Positions 10,115 to 21,243 are shown, numbered from the stretch's first letter. The stretch: 64,000 nucleotides of DNA from Lachnospiraceae bacterium (GCA_021205225.1 JAJPXX010000222.1:5298-69297), one strand, 5' to 3'. The notes: a model not told the origin generated them from the sequence alone. Translations and numbers: made by a program.

Positions 10115-11368
10115 ATGATTACACAGGCACCGAGAGGCGTACAGGACTGGTACGGGGAGGATATGCGCAAACGCGCGTATGTGGAGAAGCTTGCGCGGGA
10201 GACGGCGCGCACCTATCATATGAGTGAGATTATTACTCCGATGTTTGAACACACGGAGCTGTTTGCGCGGGGCGTGGGTGATACGACGGATGTGGTGCAA
10301 AAGGAGATGTACACATTTCTGGACAAGGGTGAGCGCAGTATTACCCTGAAGCCGGAGGGAACGGCGGGTGTGATGCGCGCCTATCTGGAGCACAGCCTTT
10401 ATGCGCAGCCGGCACCGACGAAGCTGTTTTACGTAACGCCTGCATTCCGTTATGAAAAGCCCCAGAAAGGCAGGCTTCGCCAGCATCATCAGTTTGGCGT
10501 GGAAATCGTTGGCTCAAAAAGTCCGCTCGCGGAGATGGAATTGATTACCTTTGTGACGGAATTGCTCGGAAAGCTTGGTTTGCAGGATGTGAAGCTCCAC
10601 ATCAACAGTATTGGCTGCGCGAATTGCCGGAAGACTTACAATGAGGCGCTGCTTTCCTATCTGAAAAATTATGAGGATCAGCTCTGCCCGACCTGCCGCG
10701 AGCGTATGCAGAAAAACCCGCTGCGCGTACTGGACTGCAAGGTAGACACCTGCAAAGCGATTGTCGCGGACGCGCCGCGCACGATTCATTATCTGGATGA
10801 TGAATGCCGGGAACATTTTGAGGAATTACAGTCTCTGCTGGATGAGCTTTCTATCCCTTATGAGATTGATACCGGAATTGTCCGCGGTCTGGATTATTAT
10901 ACAAAGACGGTCTTTGAGTTTGTCAATGCGGATGGATTTACATTGTGCGGGGGCGGACGGTATGACGGCCTGATTCACGAGCTGGATGAGAAGCAGGATA
11001 TTCCTTCGGTCGGATTTGGTATGGGAATTGAGCGCATCCTGTATTTTATGGAGAATGAGGGCGTCCGCTTCCCAGAGGAAGAACCGGTGGATCTGTATGT
11101 CGGGATACTCGGAAAAGAGGCGCGTTCCCGCGCATATCAGCTGGTAAGTGATCTTCGGAAGAAGGGGCTGATTGTTGAGACAGATTACATGGACCGCAGT
11201 GTAAAGGCACAGATGAAATACGCGAATAAGCTTGGCGCGTTAAATACGGTAATTATCGGTTCGCAGGAGCTTTCGGAAAACCGGGCGAGGGTGAAAAACA
11301 TGGCGACCGGCGAGCAGACCGAGACTGCGCTGGATCAGATTGCGGAGCTGCTATCCGCAAAAGAGTGA
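10115..11368 (+). CDS. hisS: histidine--tRNA ligase
   Basis: [51 protein letters not shown] before ATG 10115. Confidence 0.98.
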   Translation: MITQAPRGVQDWYGEDMRKRAYVEKLARETARTYHMSEIITPMFEHTELFARGVGDTTDVVQKEMYTFLDKGERSITLKPEGTAGVMRAYLEHSLYAQPAPTKLFYVTPAFRYEKPQKGRLRQHHQFGVEIVGSKSPLAEMELITFVTELLGKLGLQDVKLHINSIGCANCRKTYNEALLSYLKNYEDQLCPTCRERMQKNPLRVLDCKVDTCKAIVADAPRTIHYLDDECREHFEELQSLLDELSIPYEIDTGIVRGLDYYTKTVFEFVNADGFTLCGGGRYDGLIHELDEKQDIPSVGFGMGIERILYFMENEGVRFPEEEPVDLYVGILGKEARSRAYQLVSDLRKKGLIVETDYMDRSVKAQMKYANKLGALNTVIIGSQELSENRARVKNMATGEQTETALDQIAELLSAKE

Positions 11369-11385
11369 GCAGTTACGAACGGTTT

Positions 11386-12708
11386 TTACTCTGAGGGGGA
11401 TACCTCCTGGGATTCCTCCCCGGAAGAAGAGAAGGCTTCGATCGCCGCAGTCATCCCGCCCATGAGGGCGTCTGTGAATTCTGCATTGAAATAGACTTCC
11501 CAGGTGTAGCCATTGTTTGAAAAAGTAAGGGTAATGTCTGTAGATGCGGCAGCTGTGTTCTCCTGCAGGGCTTCCAGGAGCAGGCGGGAGGTTTCGTTTG
11601 AAAGGGTGACGGAATCGTCCCGGATGGACTGCGTCGTTCCGGCGTAAGAAAGGAGCGCTTCTTTATAGACTTCAAGTACACTGGTCATATCGACGCTTGT
11701 GACACGGATCACTGCTTCGGCAGAGGATCCGTTTTCTGTACACCGGAGAACTTCACAGTCAAATGCATCGGTCAGCTGGCGGATGTATGCTTCGTCAATG
11801 AGAGAGTAATATTCCGTATTGCAGGTGGCGAAAATATCTTCGACATCGAGGTAGTCCATCCACTCGTCAGCGGTCAGGCCGCGCAGCGCGTCCAGATGAA
11901 TTTCAAGCACTTCGGAAGCGCTTAAGATATAAGGATCATTCATACAGGTAATAAATCCGCCCACCAGCTCATCCTCAAGAGCAGAGTCTGAGAGGATGGT
12001 CCAGACGCCGTCTGTTTTCTGAAGATGAAAGTAAGCGGTGGTGTCGACGGTGTCATAGGTGTTAGAGATGAGCGTATCACGCAGAAGGCAGTAATAGTCG
12101 TTGGTTGTTGATTCTGTGTTATCCTCCGGATATATTTCGACCGTTTTTTTCAGAATTTCAGTGCAGAGATCCCTGGCAAGAGCTCTGGTGTCGATATTTG
12201 TAATCTGTACGGTGACGGTGGCTTCGTCGCCGTCGATTTTTTCCTGCGTAAGACTGTAAGAAAAGTTTTCAAAGAAGAGACGGACTGCCTCTGCGGCGTC
12301 CGAACCGATTTCGCCGGAGGCCAGGTTTGAGTTCATCAGATTTTCATAAGAGATAAAGGAGGAAATCGTATCCTCGTCAAGCTCCCGGATCTGTTCCAGC
12401 TCCTGCAGGACAGCCCTGGAAGGCCGGTCCATCTCCTGCCTGTTCCAAAACCAGAGCAGGCCAACGAGCAGAAGCTGCACGGCCAGGATGACAGGTATGC
12501 CGACAGAGAACCGCAGCTTTTTCGTCTTGTGATGAAAGAGATACATGCCAGTCATGATTCCGACACTGCCGAAAATAAGCGCTGTCAGAAACAGAATACG
12601 CTCCGGAATCCGCTTCTTTCGCCGACGGGCTTTCAGCTTGTCCAGGCCCATGATCAGCAGCCCGATGATATTTATGAGAATGATGTATGTAATAAAAAAA
12701 GTCTTCAT
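11386..12708 (-). CDS. DUF1294 membrane domain fused to a large acidic extracellular region
   Basis: N-terminal DUF1294 signature (MGLDKLKA..RIPER.LF..A..FGS.G..GM..FHHKTKK.RF). About 350 acidic residues follow, with two similar halves. Confidence 0.8.
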   Translation of the reverse strand: MKTFFITYIILINIIGLLIMGLDKLKARRRKKRIPERILFLTALIFGSVGIMTGMYLFHHKTKKLRFSVGIPVILAVQLLLVGLLWFWNRQEMDRPSRAVLQELEQIRELDEDTISSFISYENLMNSNLASGEIGSDAAEAVRLFFENFSYSLTQEKIDGDEATVTVQITNIDTRALARDLCTEILKKTVEIYPEDNTESTTNDYYCLLRDTLISNTYDTVDTTAYFHLQKTDGVWTILSDSALEDELVGGFITCMNDPYILSASEVLEIHLDALRGLTADEWMDYLDVEDIFATCNTEYYSLIDEAYIRQLTDAFDCEVLRCTENGSSAEAVIRVTSVDMTSVLEVYKEALLSYAGTTQSIRDDSVTLSNETSRLLLEALQENTAAASTDITLTFSNNGYTWEVYFNAEFTDALMGGMTAAIEAFSSSGEESQEVSPSE

Positions 12709-13073
12709 CTTTACCTCTGACAATAAGTATCTTTGATAGAAGGATTTTACACGAAATGATTGCATTTGTCAAACTCTACTTTCAAAAAATTGAAAATTCA
12801 AATTGTATTTGACATGATTCGATAAAAATCGCCTTATTTCGCGCATAAAGTGAACAGAAATTTTTTGTTTGAACGGAAAATAAACGCTGATTTAAAGAAA
12901 ATGTGACTTATTAAAAAGAAACAACAGAAAAAAAGAATAGCGGCGGAGACAGGAAAAACACGACGAACAGCCTTGACTTTTATCAGAAAGCAAAGTAAGA
13001 TAAGCAACGTGTGCAAAAAAAGAAAACGATGAGAAAACGGAAGGCTATGATAAAACAATAAGGAGAGAACATT

Positions 13074-14315
13074 ATGTATTCACTGGATGAAGTGCGGCGT
13101 GTGGACAGCGAGATCGCGGATGCGATTGTCGCGGAACAGGAAAGGCAGAACAGCCACATTGAGCTGATCGCATCAGAAAACTGGGTTTCAAAGGCCGTGA
13201 TGGCGGCGATGGGGAGCCCGCTGACTAACAAATACGCGGAAGGGTATCCGGGAAAGCGCTATTATGGCGGCTGCGAATGTGTGGACGTTGTGGAGAATCT
13301 TGCGAGAGAGCGCGCTATGGAGCTGTTTGGGTGCACTTACGCGAACGTGCAGCCGCATTCCGGAGCGCAGGCGAATATGGCGGTGTTTTTTGCACTGCTT
13401 AAGCCCGGCGATAAGGTTATGGGAATGAATCTCTCTCAGGGCGGTCATCTCTCCCATGGCAGTCCCGCGAATTTTTCCGGCGCGTATTTTGATGTTACTC
13501 CTTATGGCGTCAATGATGAAGGCTTTATTGATTATGATGAGGTACGCCGGATTGCGCTGGAATGCCGCCCGAAGATGATTGTGGCCGGAGCGAGCGCGTA
13601 TGCGCGGACGATTGATTTTAAGCGTTTCCGGGAGATCGCGGACGAAGTAGGCGCGTATCTGATGGTGGATATTGCCCACATCGCGGGTCTGGTAGCTGCC
13701 GGCGTGCATCCAAGTCCGATTCCCTATGCGCATGTGACGACGACGACAACGCATAAGACTCTGCGCGGGCCGCGCGGCGGGCTGATCCTGTCAGACGCGG
13801 AATTCGCGAAGAAAGCGAATTTTAATAAGGCCGTATTTCCGGGAACACAGGGCGGTCCGCTGATGCATGTGATCGCGGCAAAGGCTGTGTGCTTTAAGGA
13901 AGCGCTGCAGCCGGAATTTAAGACGTATCAGGAGAATGTTGCGAAGAATGCGAAAGCGCTCTGCGCCGGGCTGATGAATCGCGGCGTGCGGATTGTCTCC
14001 GGCGGCACGGACAATCACCTGATGCTGGTAGATCTGACCAGCGTAGGCAAGACAGGCAAGGAAGTGGAGAATCTGCTGGATTCTGTGAATATTACCTGTA
14101 ATAAAAACACGATCCCGAACGATCCGCAGTCTGCTTTTGTGACCAGCGGCGTGCGTCTGGGGACGCCGGCAGTCACCTCACGCGGTATGAATGAGGCAGA
14201 TATGGATACGATCGCTGAAGCGATTGCGTGTGTCGTGAAAAGCGAGCCAGGGTGTGAGGAAAAAGCCAGAGGGCTGGTGAAAACGCTCACTGATCGGTAT
14301 CCGCTGATCGGATAA
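13074..14315 (+). CDS. glyA: serine hydroxymethyltransferase
   Basis: [35 protein letters not shown] (PLP lysine). Confidence 0.99.
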   Translation: MYSLDEVRRVDSEIADAIVAEQERQNSHIELIASENWVSKAVMAAMGSPLTNKYAEGYPGKRYYGGCECVDVVENLARERAMELFGCTYANVQPHSGAQANMAVFFALLKPGDKVMGMNLSQGGHLSHGSPANFSGAYFDVTPYGVNDEGFIDYDEVRRIALECRPKMIVAGASAYARTIDFKRFREIADEVGAYLMVDIAHIAGLVAAGVHPSPIPYAHVTTTTTHKTLRGPRGGLILSDAEFAKKANFNKAVFPGTQGGPLMHVIAAKAVCFKEALQPEFKTYQENVAKNAKALCAGLMNRGVRIVSGGTDNHLMLVDLTSVGKTGKEVENLLDSVNITCNKNTIPNDPQSAFVTSGVRLGTPAVTSRGMNEADMDTIAEAIACVVKSEPGCEEKARGLVKTLTDRYPLIG

Positions 14316-14576
14316 GGTCGAAGCTGCCGTTTCTATATATGTGCGTACAGTCCGCCGATGGCTTTGGGAGCGTGTATTGCAAAAAGTTACAGGAGTCATT
14401 ATAATGTTTCAGGAAGAATTCCTGTTCGCCGGCAGGCTTATGGAGTTCTTCCTTTTCTTTTTTTGAAGTTTAGAAATACTTAAGAAAAATTGTAGAACTT
14501 TTGGCTGTCAGTGTGATATATTCTAAACAATAAAGTCGTTTACTATAATTGATCATACCCGAAGGGAAGACTGTTT

Positions 14577-15977
14577 ATGAAAAAGGCAATTATTACGATC
14601 CTGATACTGGCCTTGCTTGGAGGCGGGGGTTATGGTGCGTATTATTATTTTTATCTGGGAGGCTCAGCGACGACCGAGCGGGTCTCTTCTTCGAGCGAGG
14701 ATGCTGTGTATGTAGAGAAAGTGTCGGCAATTACGGGCTATGGCTCAGGTACGGGCGTTGTGGACCGCTACAGCGGCGAGGTGGAAGCCCAGGCAACCCT
14801 GGAGATCAAGCTGGATTCGAACCGCACGCTGGATGAATGCTTCGTAGAAGTGGGCGATATTGTTGAGGAAGACCAGGCGCTTTTTTCCTATGAGACGCAG
14901 GAGGAAGAAGACCAGATTGTTCAGAACGAGATTGATATAGAGAAGCAGCAGATGGAGATCGAGTCCTATGAGGCACAGATTACGTCTTATGAGAAGCTGA
15001 TCGCGACTTATACAGATGAGGATGACATTCTGGAGGCGAATTTAATGATTCAGTCTTATCAGAATTCAATCCGGTCTCTGGAATATGAGATTCAGTCTTT
15101 GCAGGCGGAGAATGAGAGCCTGCAGGAAACGATTGACGAATCTGTCGTGACAGCGGAGATGGGAGGGATTGTCCAGAAGATTTCCGATACAGAGACTGAT
15201 TCGGATTCTTATTATTCCAGTTCAGAAAGTTCTGCGTACATAACGATTCTGGCGGAAGGAGACTATCGAATCAAGGGTACGATCAATGAACTGAACTATA
15301 ACGATATCTATGAGGGAATATCCGTGATTGTTTATTCACGCGTGGATTCCTCTCAGACATGGACCGGCGAGATTACGGATATCAGTACAGAACAGGATGA
15401 GGGGGACTCTGACAGCTATTATTATTACTATTCAAGTTCTTCGTCAGATACTTCTACCTATAGCTTTTATGTTGACCTTGACAGCTCCGAGGGGCTTCTG
15501 CTCGGACAGCATGTATATATTGAGGTGGATTCCGGCCAGTCGGAGGAAAAGAGCGGGATGTGGCTGGAGGAGTTTTACATTATCCAGGAGGGCGACAGCG
15601 CGTACGTGTGGCTGGCGAATACATCCAACCTCATTGAAAAGCATGAAATCACGCTTGGAGAGTATGATGGTGAGCTGGCGGAGTATGAGGTTCTTGACGG
15701 GCTGGAAGCGGACGATTATATCGCGTTTCCGTCGGACGGGATTTCCGAGGGGGATCCGGTTATTTATTCGGATATTGCGGTGGTCAGTGAGTTGGATGAC
15801 AGTGATGATCTGGATGATGAAGATTATTATGACGCGGACGCGGATGGAGAGGAAGATGATGCGGATGTCTACTATGACGTAGACGAGGGCATTTATTATT
15901 CGATTGAGGATGATGACGACGGGGAATATGACGAAGAATTCGATGATTCCTTTGCCGTGATTGAGGAAGAAGAATAA
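14577..15977 (+). CDS. efflux membrane-fusion (periplasmic adaptor-like) subunit 1
   Basis: N-terminal anchor, lipoyl-like VEVGDIVEEDQALF, coiled coil, AEMGGIV, beta-barrel tail, very acidic C-terminus. Confidence 0.85.
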   Translation: MKKAIITILILALLGGGGYGAYYYFYLGGSATTERVSSSSEDAVYVEKVSAITGYGSGTGVVDRYSGEVEAQATLEIKLDSNRTLDECFVEVGDIVEEDQALFSYETQEEEDQIVQNEIDIEKQQMEIESYEAQITSYEKLIATYTDEDDILEANLMIQSYQNSIRSLEYEIQSLQAENESLQETIDESVVTAEMGGIVQKISDTETDSDSYYSSSESSAYITILAEGDYRIKGTINELNYNDIYEGISVIVYSRVDSSQTWTGEITDISTEQDEGDSDSYYYYYSSSSSDTSTYSFYVDLDSSEGLLLGQHVYIEVDSGQSEEKSGMWLEEFYIIQEGDSAYVWLANTSNLIEKHEITLGEYDGELAEYEVLDGLEADDYIAFPSDGISEGDPVIYSDIAVVSELDDSDDLDDEDYYDADADGEEDDADVYYDVDEGIYYSIEDDDDGEYDEEFDDSFAVIEEEE

Positions 15978-16006
15978 GGATTGCGTTTCGGAAAGGATAT
16001 TCTTCT

Positions 16007-16705
16007 ATGATACTGAGACTGGAGCATATTTATAAAGACTATATTCTCGGAAAAATGAAGGTTCCCGCCCTGAAGGATGTCAGCCTGAATGTGGAGAAGG
16101 GAGAGTATCTGGCAGTGATGGGTCCGTCCGGCTCAGGGAAGTCTACGCTGATGAATATTATCGGCTGTCTGGACCGTCCGACATCCGGCAGCTATGAGCT
16201 GGCAGGGCAGAATGTCATGGGATTGAGCGACGCACAACTGGCGGATTTGCGGCTGAAAGAGCTTGGCTTCGTGTTTCAGAACTTTCAGCTGCTTCCTCGT
16301 ATGACAGCGCTGGACAATGTGGCGCTGCCGCTGGTGTACGCGGGCGTACGCAAAAAGGCGCGCAAGCAGAGGGCGAAAGAAGCGTTGGTGCGGGTCGGGC
16401 TGGAGGAGCGAATCAGCTTTAAGCCAACCCAGCTTTCCGGCGGACAGAAGCAGAGAGTGGCGATTGCGCGGGCTATGGTGAATCAGCCTGCGATTTTGCT
16501 TGCGGACGAGCCGACCGGTGCCCTGGATTCTAAATCAGGGCTGCAGATTATGGAGCTGTTCGAACAGCTGAATGAAGAAGGCGTGACGGTGATTATGATT
16601 ACGCATGACAGTAAGATCGCGGGGCACGCAAAGAGGATTGTGGATATTTTTGACGGGGAATTGAGACCGCATGAGGAATTTATTCCCGAAAGCAGGAAGG
16701 AATGA
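16007..16705 (+). CDS. ABC transporter ATP-binding protein (MacB/LolD-like)
   Basis: GPSGSGKS Walker A, LSGGQKQR signature, LLADEPTGALD Walker B. Confidence 0.97.
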   Translation: MILRLEHIYKDYILGKMKVPALKDVSLNVEKGEYLAVMGPSGSGKSTLMNIIGCLDRPTSGSYELAGQNVMGLSDAQLADLRLKELGFVFQNFQLLPRMTALDNVALPLVYAGVRKKARKQRAKEALVRVGLEERISFKPTQLSGGQKQRVAIARAMVNQPAILLADEPTGALDSKSGLQIMELFEQLNEEGVTVIMITHDSKIAGHAKRIVDIFDGELRPHEEFIPESRKE

Positions 16706-16763
16706 ATGATCATGGGGCGGCAGGTGTGATCGCCTGGCTTTTTTCACAGGAGGTGGCAGATTT

Positions 16764-19673
16764 TTGAAAATCAGGACAGCTTTGATCAGTATTACCGTAT
16801 CGGGCGCGCTGGTTGCCGGCGTCGCGTACGCAGCTTATTATACGATGCAGGGGCAGGTTTCGCCTGTGGAGGTTGTCCCGGTGAAAAATGTAAATGATTC
16901 CTGGTACGGAGATTATTATTATACGTCTGATACGATTACCGGTACAGTGACCTCGCAGGTTTCTCAGACAGTGGTGCTGGAGGAGTATGACATTGAAGAG
17001 ATTTATGTGTCGGAGGGCGAAGAGGTTACGGTCGGTACTCCGCTTTTTTCGTATGATATGACGAAAGAGGAGATTGACCTGGAAGCTAAGGATATCGAAC
17101 TTCAGACGAATGAACTCCAGCTTCGGCGTAAACAAAAGGAACTGGCAAAATATCAGAATACGAGTGCGACGGCTTCTCTGGAGACGACTGCGACGACGCT
17201 TACCTCATCCTCAGGCGACGCAATTATCGATGAATCCACGGAACAAACGGCGGATGGAGAGGCGGCGGAAGAAGGCTCAGAAGATACGGATGGTTCGGGA
17301 CTTGAAATCGAGGGAATAGAGACGGTAGATCCCGATGAGAATGAGGATACGGTGCTTTTGACTTCCGTGACGAACTATGAGATGCTGATGAGCGCGCTTG
17401 GGGAGCTGATGGAAGAATTTGAAGGGGAGCTTACCTCAGAGGATGTCGAAGTGATCGGCGAGTCGCTGACGAAGGCGGTCGAATTTTACCGGGAGTATCT
17501 GGCGGATGAGGAAGAAAGAGAAACGACGGGAGAAGACGGTGAGACGCTGACGCTGTACTATTATTCTCTGAAGGATTCTGTGAAGGAGCTTCTTTCTTCG
17601 GATGAGGTGAAAACACTGGAAGCCTGTGCAGCTTTGATGGAGCATTATCACGCGGCTTATGTAGATATGCTGATTGAAGAGGCAGTGGAAGAGAGCGGCG
17701 ATAGCCAGAAAGAAGCTGCGGAAGCGGCGCGCAGGGAATATGAAAACCTGAGCGGCGGCGCCCGTGAGGATGTGACACTGCTGGAAGAGCTGGAGGCACT
17801 GGAGGCAGTGCTGGCTGCCGAAGGGCAGACAGAGAGTGAGACGGATGCATCTGAGCCGGACACGGAAAGCGGAACGGCAGAAGAGGAATCCGATCTGGAA
17901 CCGGACACGGACGGAGAGGATATGACAGAGACCCTTCCGGCTCAGACAGAGACGGACACGGAAACAGGAACGACTGACGCGGCGGAAAGTGAGACTGAGA
18001 CCGAAGCAGCCGATGCGACGGAAAGCGAGACGGAAACAGGAACCACTGATGCAACGGAAAGTGAGACGGAAGCCGGAACAACCGGTGAGACCGAAAGTGA
18101 GACCGAAACGGAAATGACCGACGTGACTGAGACAGAGCCGGAATCAGAGACAGAGAGCGAATCCGCAGCGGAAGAGATCGGAATTGAGGAGCGGATCAGC
18201 AGCTTTTTGATGATGGCAGACGCTGTGCTTTCTGAGACAGCTTCCCCGGAGGCAATCGATTATCAGAACGCGATTGCTTTCTATCAGATGTATCTCGCGG
18301 TACCGCCTGCTGATATTGTGGATGAGGATACCGGGGCGCTGATGGAAGAGTATGATTTCAGTGAGGAGACGCTGACGTATCTCTCTGCTCTTGGCAGCGA
18401 GGGCGCCGCATTGCAGATTACACTGACAAGTACCTATCAGGAGCTTTGCCTGGCTTATGTGGAATATCTGGTCTTATCTCTGGACGCGCAGACAATGACG
18501 CGGGAAGAACTGACCGCGGCGCAGGAGGCGTATGAACTTCTGGGTACGGCCTGGGCGATTGCGCTGGACGCTTCCGCAGAGGATGGGGAGCCGTGTGTTT
18601 CTGATTACCTGACTGCCTACGATATTGTGCTGCGGATTGAGGAGCTTTCTGCCGAGTCAGAGACAGGACAGTGGGAAGCGGCAGAGGATGAGTCGGAAGA
18701 AGAATCAGAAAGCGAGACGGATGATTTTCTGGAAAAGCTTGCAGATCTGTATCTGGATTATCTTTCTCTGACGGATACGCAGCTGGCTCTGGTCTGGAAC
18801 GCGGACACACTGTTTGAGCTGCTGGAACTGTACGGATTTCTGGAGGAGGAGTCGGAATCCGAGACGGATTACTATGATGACTGGGACGATGATTATTATT
18901 CCGATTACGATTCGGACTATACGGCTGAGGAACTCAAAGAGCTGATTGAGGAGCTGGAGACGGAGATAAAGGAAATCGAACTGGAGATCCGGGAATCCAC
19001 CCTGGAGCTGGAACAGCAGCAGAGAGTGGTGGATAAAAAGGTGGTTAAAAGTACAGTGGATGGTACGGTCGTTACAATCGGAGACGAGGACGGCAATACC
19101 GATGATGATAATGATTATTTCGTAAAAATCACGAGCAGCGAGGGTCTGTATGTAAAAAGCGCGATCAGTGAGCGCTCGCTGGAGACGGTAAATGTGGGAG
19201 ATTCGATTTCCGGAGTCGATTATTCCGGGAATTCCTTTACCGCGGTGATCACAGAGATTTCTGAATACCCGGTTTCTTCTTCGGAGCTTTATAACTATGA
19301 CATTTATTCTTATCCGGAGAATACCTCTTATTATCTGTTTTACGCGCAGATTGATGACCCGGAGGGGATTGAGGAGGGCTATGCGGATCTGACGCTTTCC
19401 ATGGCGTATGCCGAAGGAAGCGACGCGATTTATCTGGAGCCTTATTTCGTCCGTACAGACGCTACAGGAAATAATTATGTTTATGTGCAGGGTTCGGACG
19501 GGACGCTTGAGCTGAGATATGTCACGCTTGGAACGTCGCCGGACGAGGGCTATATTGTTAAAATAATCGGCGGGCTGAGTCTTTCTGACAAGATCGCGTT
19601 TCCGTATGGGGACAACGTTTATGAAGGAGCAAAGACGGAAGAGGTTGACTCTCTGGAAGCGGCCTGGGGTTAA
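16764..19673 (+). CDS. giant acidic membrane-fusion subunit 2 with large internal insertion
   Basis: TTG start. MFP N-terminal half (EGEEVTVGTPLF) and C-terminal half (STVDGTVV ... LRYVTLG) separated by roughly 550-600 acidic residues. Confidence 0.8.
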   Translation: MKIRTALISITVSGALVAGVAYAAYYTMQGQVSPVEVVPVKNVNDSWYGDYYYTSDTITGTVTSQVSQTVVLEEYDIEEIYVSEGEEVTVGTPLFSYDMTKEEIDLEAKDIELQTNELQLRRKQKELAKYQNTSATASLETTATTLTSSSGDAIIDESTEQTADGEAAEEGSEDTDGSGLEIEGIETVDPDENEDTVLLTSVTNYEMLMSALGELMEEFEGELTSEDVEVIGESLTKAVEFYREYLADEEERETTGEDGETLTLYYYSLKDSVKELLSSDEVKTLEACAALMEHYHAAYVDMLIEEAVEESGDSQKEAAEAARREYENLSGGAREDVTLLEELEALEAVLAAEGQTESETDASEPDTESGTAEEESDLEPDTDGEDMTETLPAQTETDTETGTTDAAESETETEAADATESETETGTTDATESETEAGTTGETESETETEMTDVTETEPESETESESAAEEIGIEERISSFLMMADAVLSETASPEAIDYQNAIAFYQMYLAVPPADIVDEDTGALMEEYDFSEETLTYLSALGSEGAALQITLTSTYQELCLAYVEYLVLSLDAQTMTREELTAAQEAYELLGTAWAIALDASAEDGEPCVSDYLTAYDIVLRIEELSAESETGQWEAAEDESEEESESETDDFLEKLADLYLDYLSLTDTQLALVWNADTLFELLELYGFLEEESESETDYYDDWDDDYYSDYDSDYTAEELKELIEELETEIKEIELEIRESTLELEQQQRVVDKKVVKSTVDGTVVTIGDEDGNTDDDNDYFVKITSSEGLYVKSAISERSLETVNVGDSISGVDYSGNSFTAVITEISEYPVSSSELYNYDIYSYPENTSYYLFYAQIDDPEGIEEGYADLTLSMAYAEGSDAIYLEPYFVRTDATGNNYVYVQGSDGTLELRYVTLGTSPDEGYIVKIIGGLSLSDKIAFPYGDNVYEGAKTEEVDSLEAAWG
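17940..18175 (+). repeat. degenerate tandem repeat of about 33-36 bp encoding (TTDAxESETETx)n
   Basis: Translation QTETDTETG-TTDAAESETETEA-ADATESETETG-TTDATESETEAG-TTGETESETETE-MTDVTETEPESETESES. Confidence 0.85.
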
Positions 19674-19690
19674 GAAAGGAGGGATAGGTT

Positions 19691-20950
19691 TTGTTAGAAA
19701 ATTTGCGTCTGTCCTTTCAGAGCATCTGGGCGCACAAAATGCGGTCATTCCTTACCATGCTCGGTATTATCATTGGCATTGCGGCGATTATCGCCATTGT
19801 GTCTACGATCCAGGGGACGAATGAGGAAATTAAAAATCAGCTGATCGGTGCGGGTACCAACACGGTCGATATTTACCTGATGCAGAACGGTCAGGAACTC
19901 AGCATTTATTCCTCTTCTGAAATCCCATACGGAGTACCGCAGGTCACGGATGAAATCAGAGAGCAGATTCTGGCTCTGGACACGGTGGAAAATGTGACCT
20001 GTTATACAGAGCGGGAAAGCCTGTACGAGACGGTCTATTATCTGGATACAGAAATTGAATACCCGACGATTCGGGGAATTGACACCAGCTATTTTGATAC
20101 AGTGGGATATACGCTTCGAACCGGCCGCTGCTTTGTAGAGAGCGACTATACGAATTTCCGCACCGTAGTGATCATTGACAGCACTCTGGCGGATAAGTAT
20201 TTTCCAAATGAGGACCCGGTGGGGAAGACTCTGGAAATCAGCGGTGTTCCGTTTACGATCATCGGAGTCGTCACAGATACCAGCGACACAGGTACGTCCA
20301 TCAGCACAATATCCGATTATTATACGTATCTGTATGATTCGTATGGTTTCCTATATATTCCAAGCGCCTGCTGGCCGATCATTTACAGCTTTGATGAACC
20401 GGAAAATGTCATCGTGAAGGCAGTCAGCACAGACGATATGGAGAGGGCGGGAGCCGATACGGAGGATATTTTGAATTCACTGATTTCCAGCTTACAGACG
20501 GACGTTAAGTATGAAGCGCAGAATCTGGTGGAGCAGGCCAGACAGCTTGCGAGTCTTTCTAGCTCAACACAGACCCTGATGATCTGGGTGGCGAGTATTT
20601 CCCTGCTGGTCGGCGGGATCGGTGTGATGAATATCATGATGGTATCCGTCACCGAGCGTACCAGTGAGATCGGACTGAAAAAGGCGATTGGAGCAAGAAA
20701 AGGGGCGATCCTCGGACAGTTCCTGACAGAGGCGGTGGTGCTGACCAGTATCGGCGGCCTGCTTGGCGTAGGGGCAGGTATCGGCATGGCTTATGTCATT
20801 AACAAAATATCCGGGACCGCTGTCGCGATCAGCGTTCCCGCCTCAGCGATTGCCGTGCTGTTTTCCATGGTGATCGGTATTATCTTTGGACTGATGCCGT
20901 CTATGAAGGCGGCGAACCTGGATCCGATTGAGGCGCTGCGGAGAGAATGA
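19691..20950 (+). CDS. ABC transporter permease, MacB/FtsX family
   Basis: RSFLTMLGIIIGIA, GGIGVMNIMMVSVTERTSEIGLKKAIGA, AANLDPIEALRRE. Confidence 0.96.
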   Translation: MLENLRLSFQSIWAHKMRSFLTMLGIIIGIAAIIAIVSTIQGTNEEIKNQLIGAGTNTVDIYLMQNGQELSIYSSSEIPYGVPQVTDEIREQILALDTVENVTCYTERESLYETVYYLDTEIEYPTIRGIDTSYFDTVGYTLRTGRCFVESDYTNFRTVVIIDSTLADKYFPNEDPVGKTLEISGVPFTIIGVVTDTSDTGTSISTISDYYTYLYDSYGFLYIPSACWPIIYSFDEPENVIVKAVSTDDMERAGADTEDILNSLISSLQTDVKYEAQNLVEQARQLASLSSSTQTLMIWVASISLLVGGIGVMNIMMVSVTERTSEIGLKKAIGARKGAILGQFLTEAVVLTSIGGLLGVGAGIGMAYVINKISGTAVAISVPASAIAVLFSMVIGIIFGLMPSMKAANLDPIEALRRE

Positions 20951-20970
20951 TGAATATAGGATGATTGACA

Positions 20971-21183
20971 TTCAGAACAGCAGGCCACAGACCGCCTTCT
21001 CCGAAGGCTATATGCCGCTTGCGCGTCATATGTCTGAGGCTCGATGGGCGTCTCCGTTTCACTTCGGTCGGCGCTAAACGGACATCCACTGGATGTCCAG
21101 CGCCCGCCCATCCCGAAATGAAAATACAGTCTTTAGCAGGTAAACCTGCACAGTCTGTCTTTTCATTTCGATGCTGTTCTGAA
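20971..21183. repeat. multi-branched palindromic intergenic element (REP/MITE-like)
   Basis: 12-bp terminal inverted repeat TTCAGAACAGCA/TGCTGTTCTGAA enclosing three branched hairpin arms. Confidence 0.7.
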
Positions 21184-21207
21184 CTGTTAAAAACGTAAAA
21201 AAGGGGC

Positions 21208-21237
21208 TTGCCATATGGCGGGCCCTTGTGTTATACT
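21208..21237 (+). promoter_or_regulatory. rpsB promoter
   Basis: TTGCCA-18 bp-TATACT with extended -10 TG. Confidence 0.6.
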
Positions 21238-21243
21238 AGTCGA

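Noticed and set aside
7115..11368. Absence of dtd after rel and of aspS after hisS
   Set aside because: Gene order in this region varies among Clostridia, and the genes may lie elsewhere in the genome.
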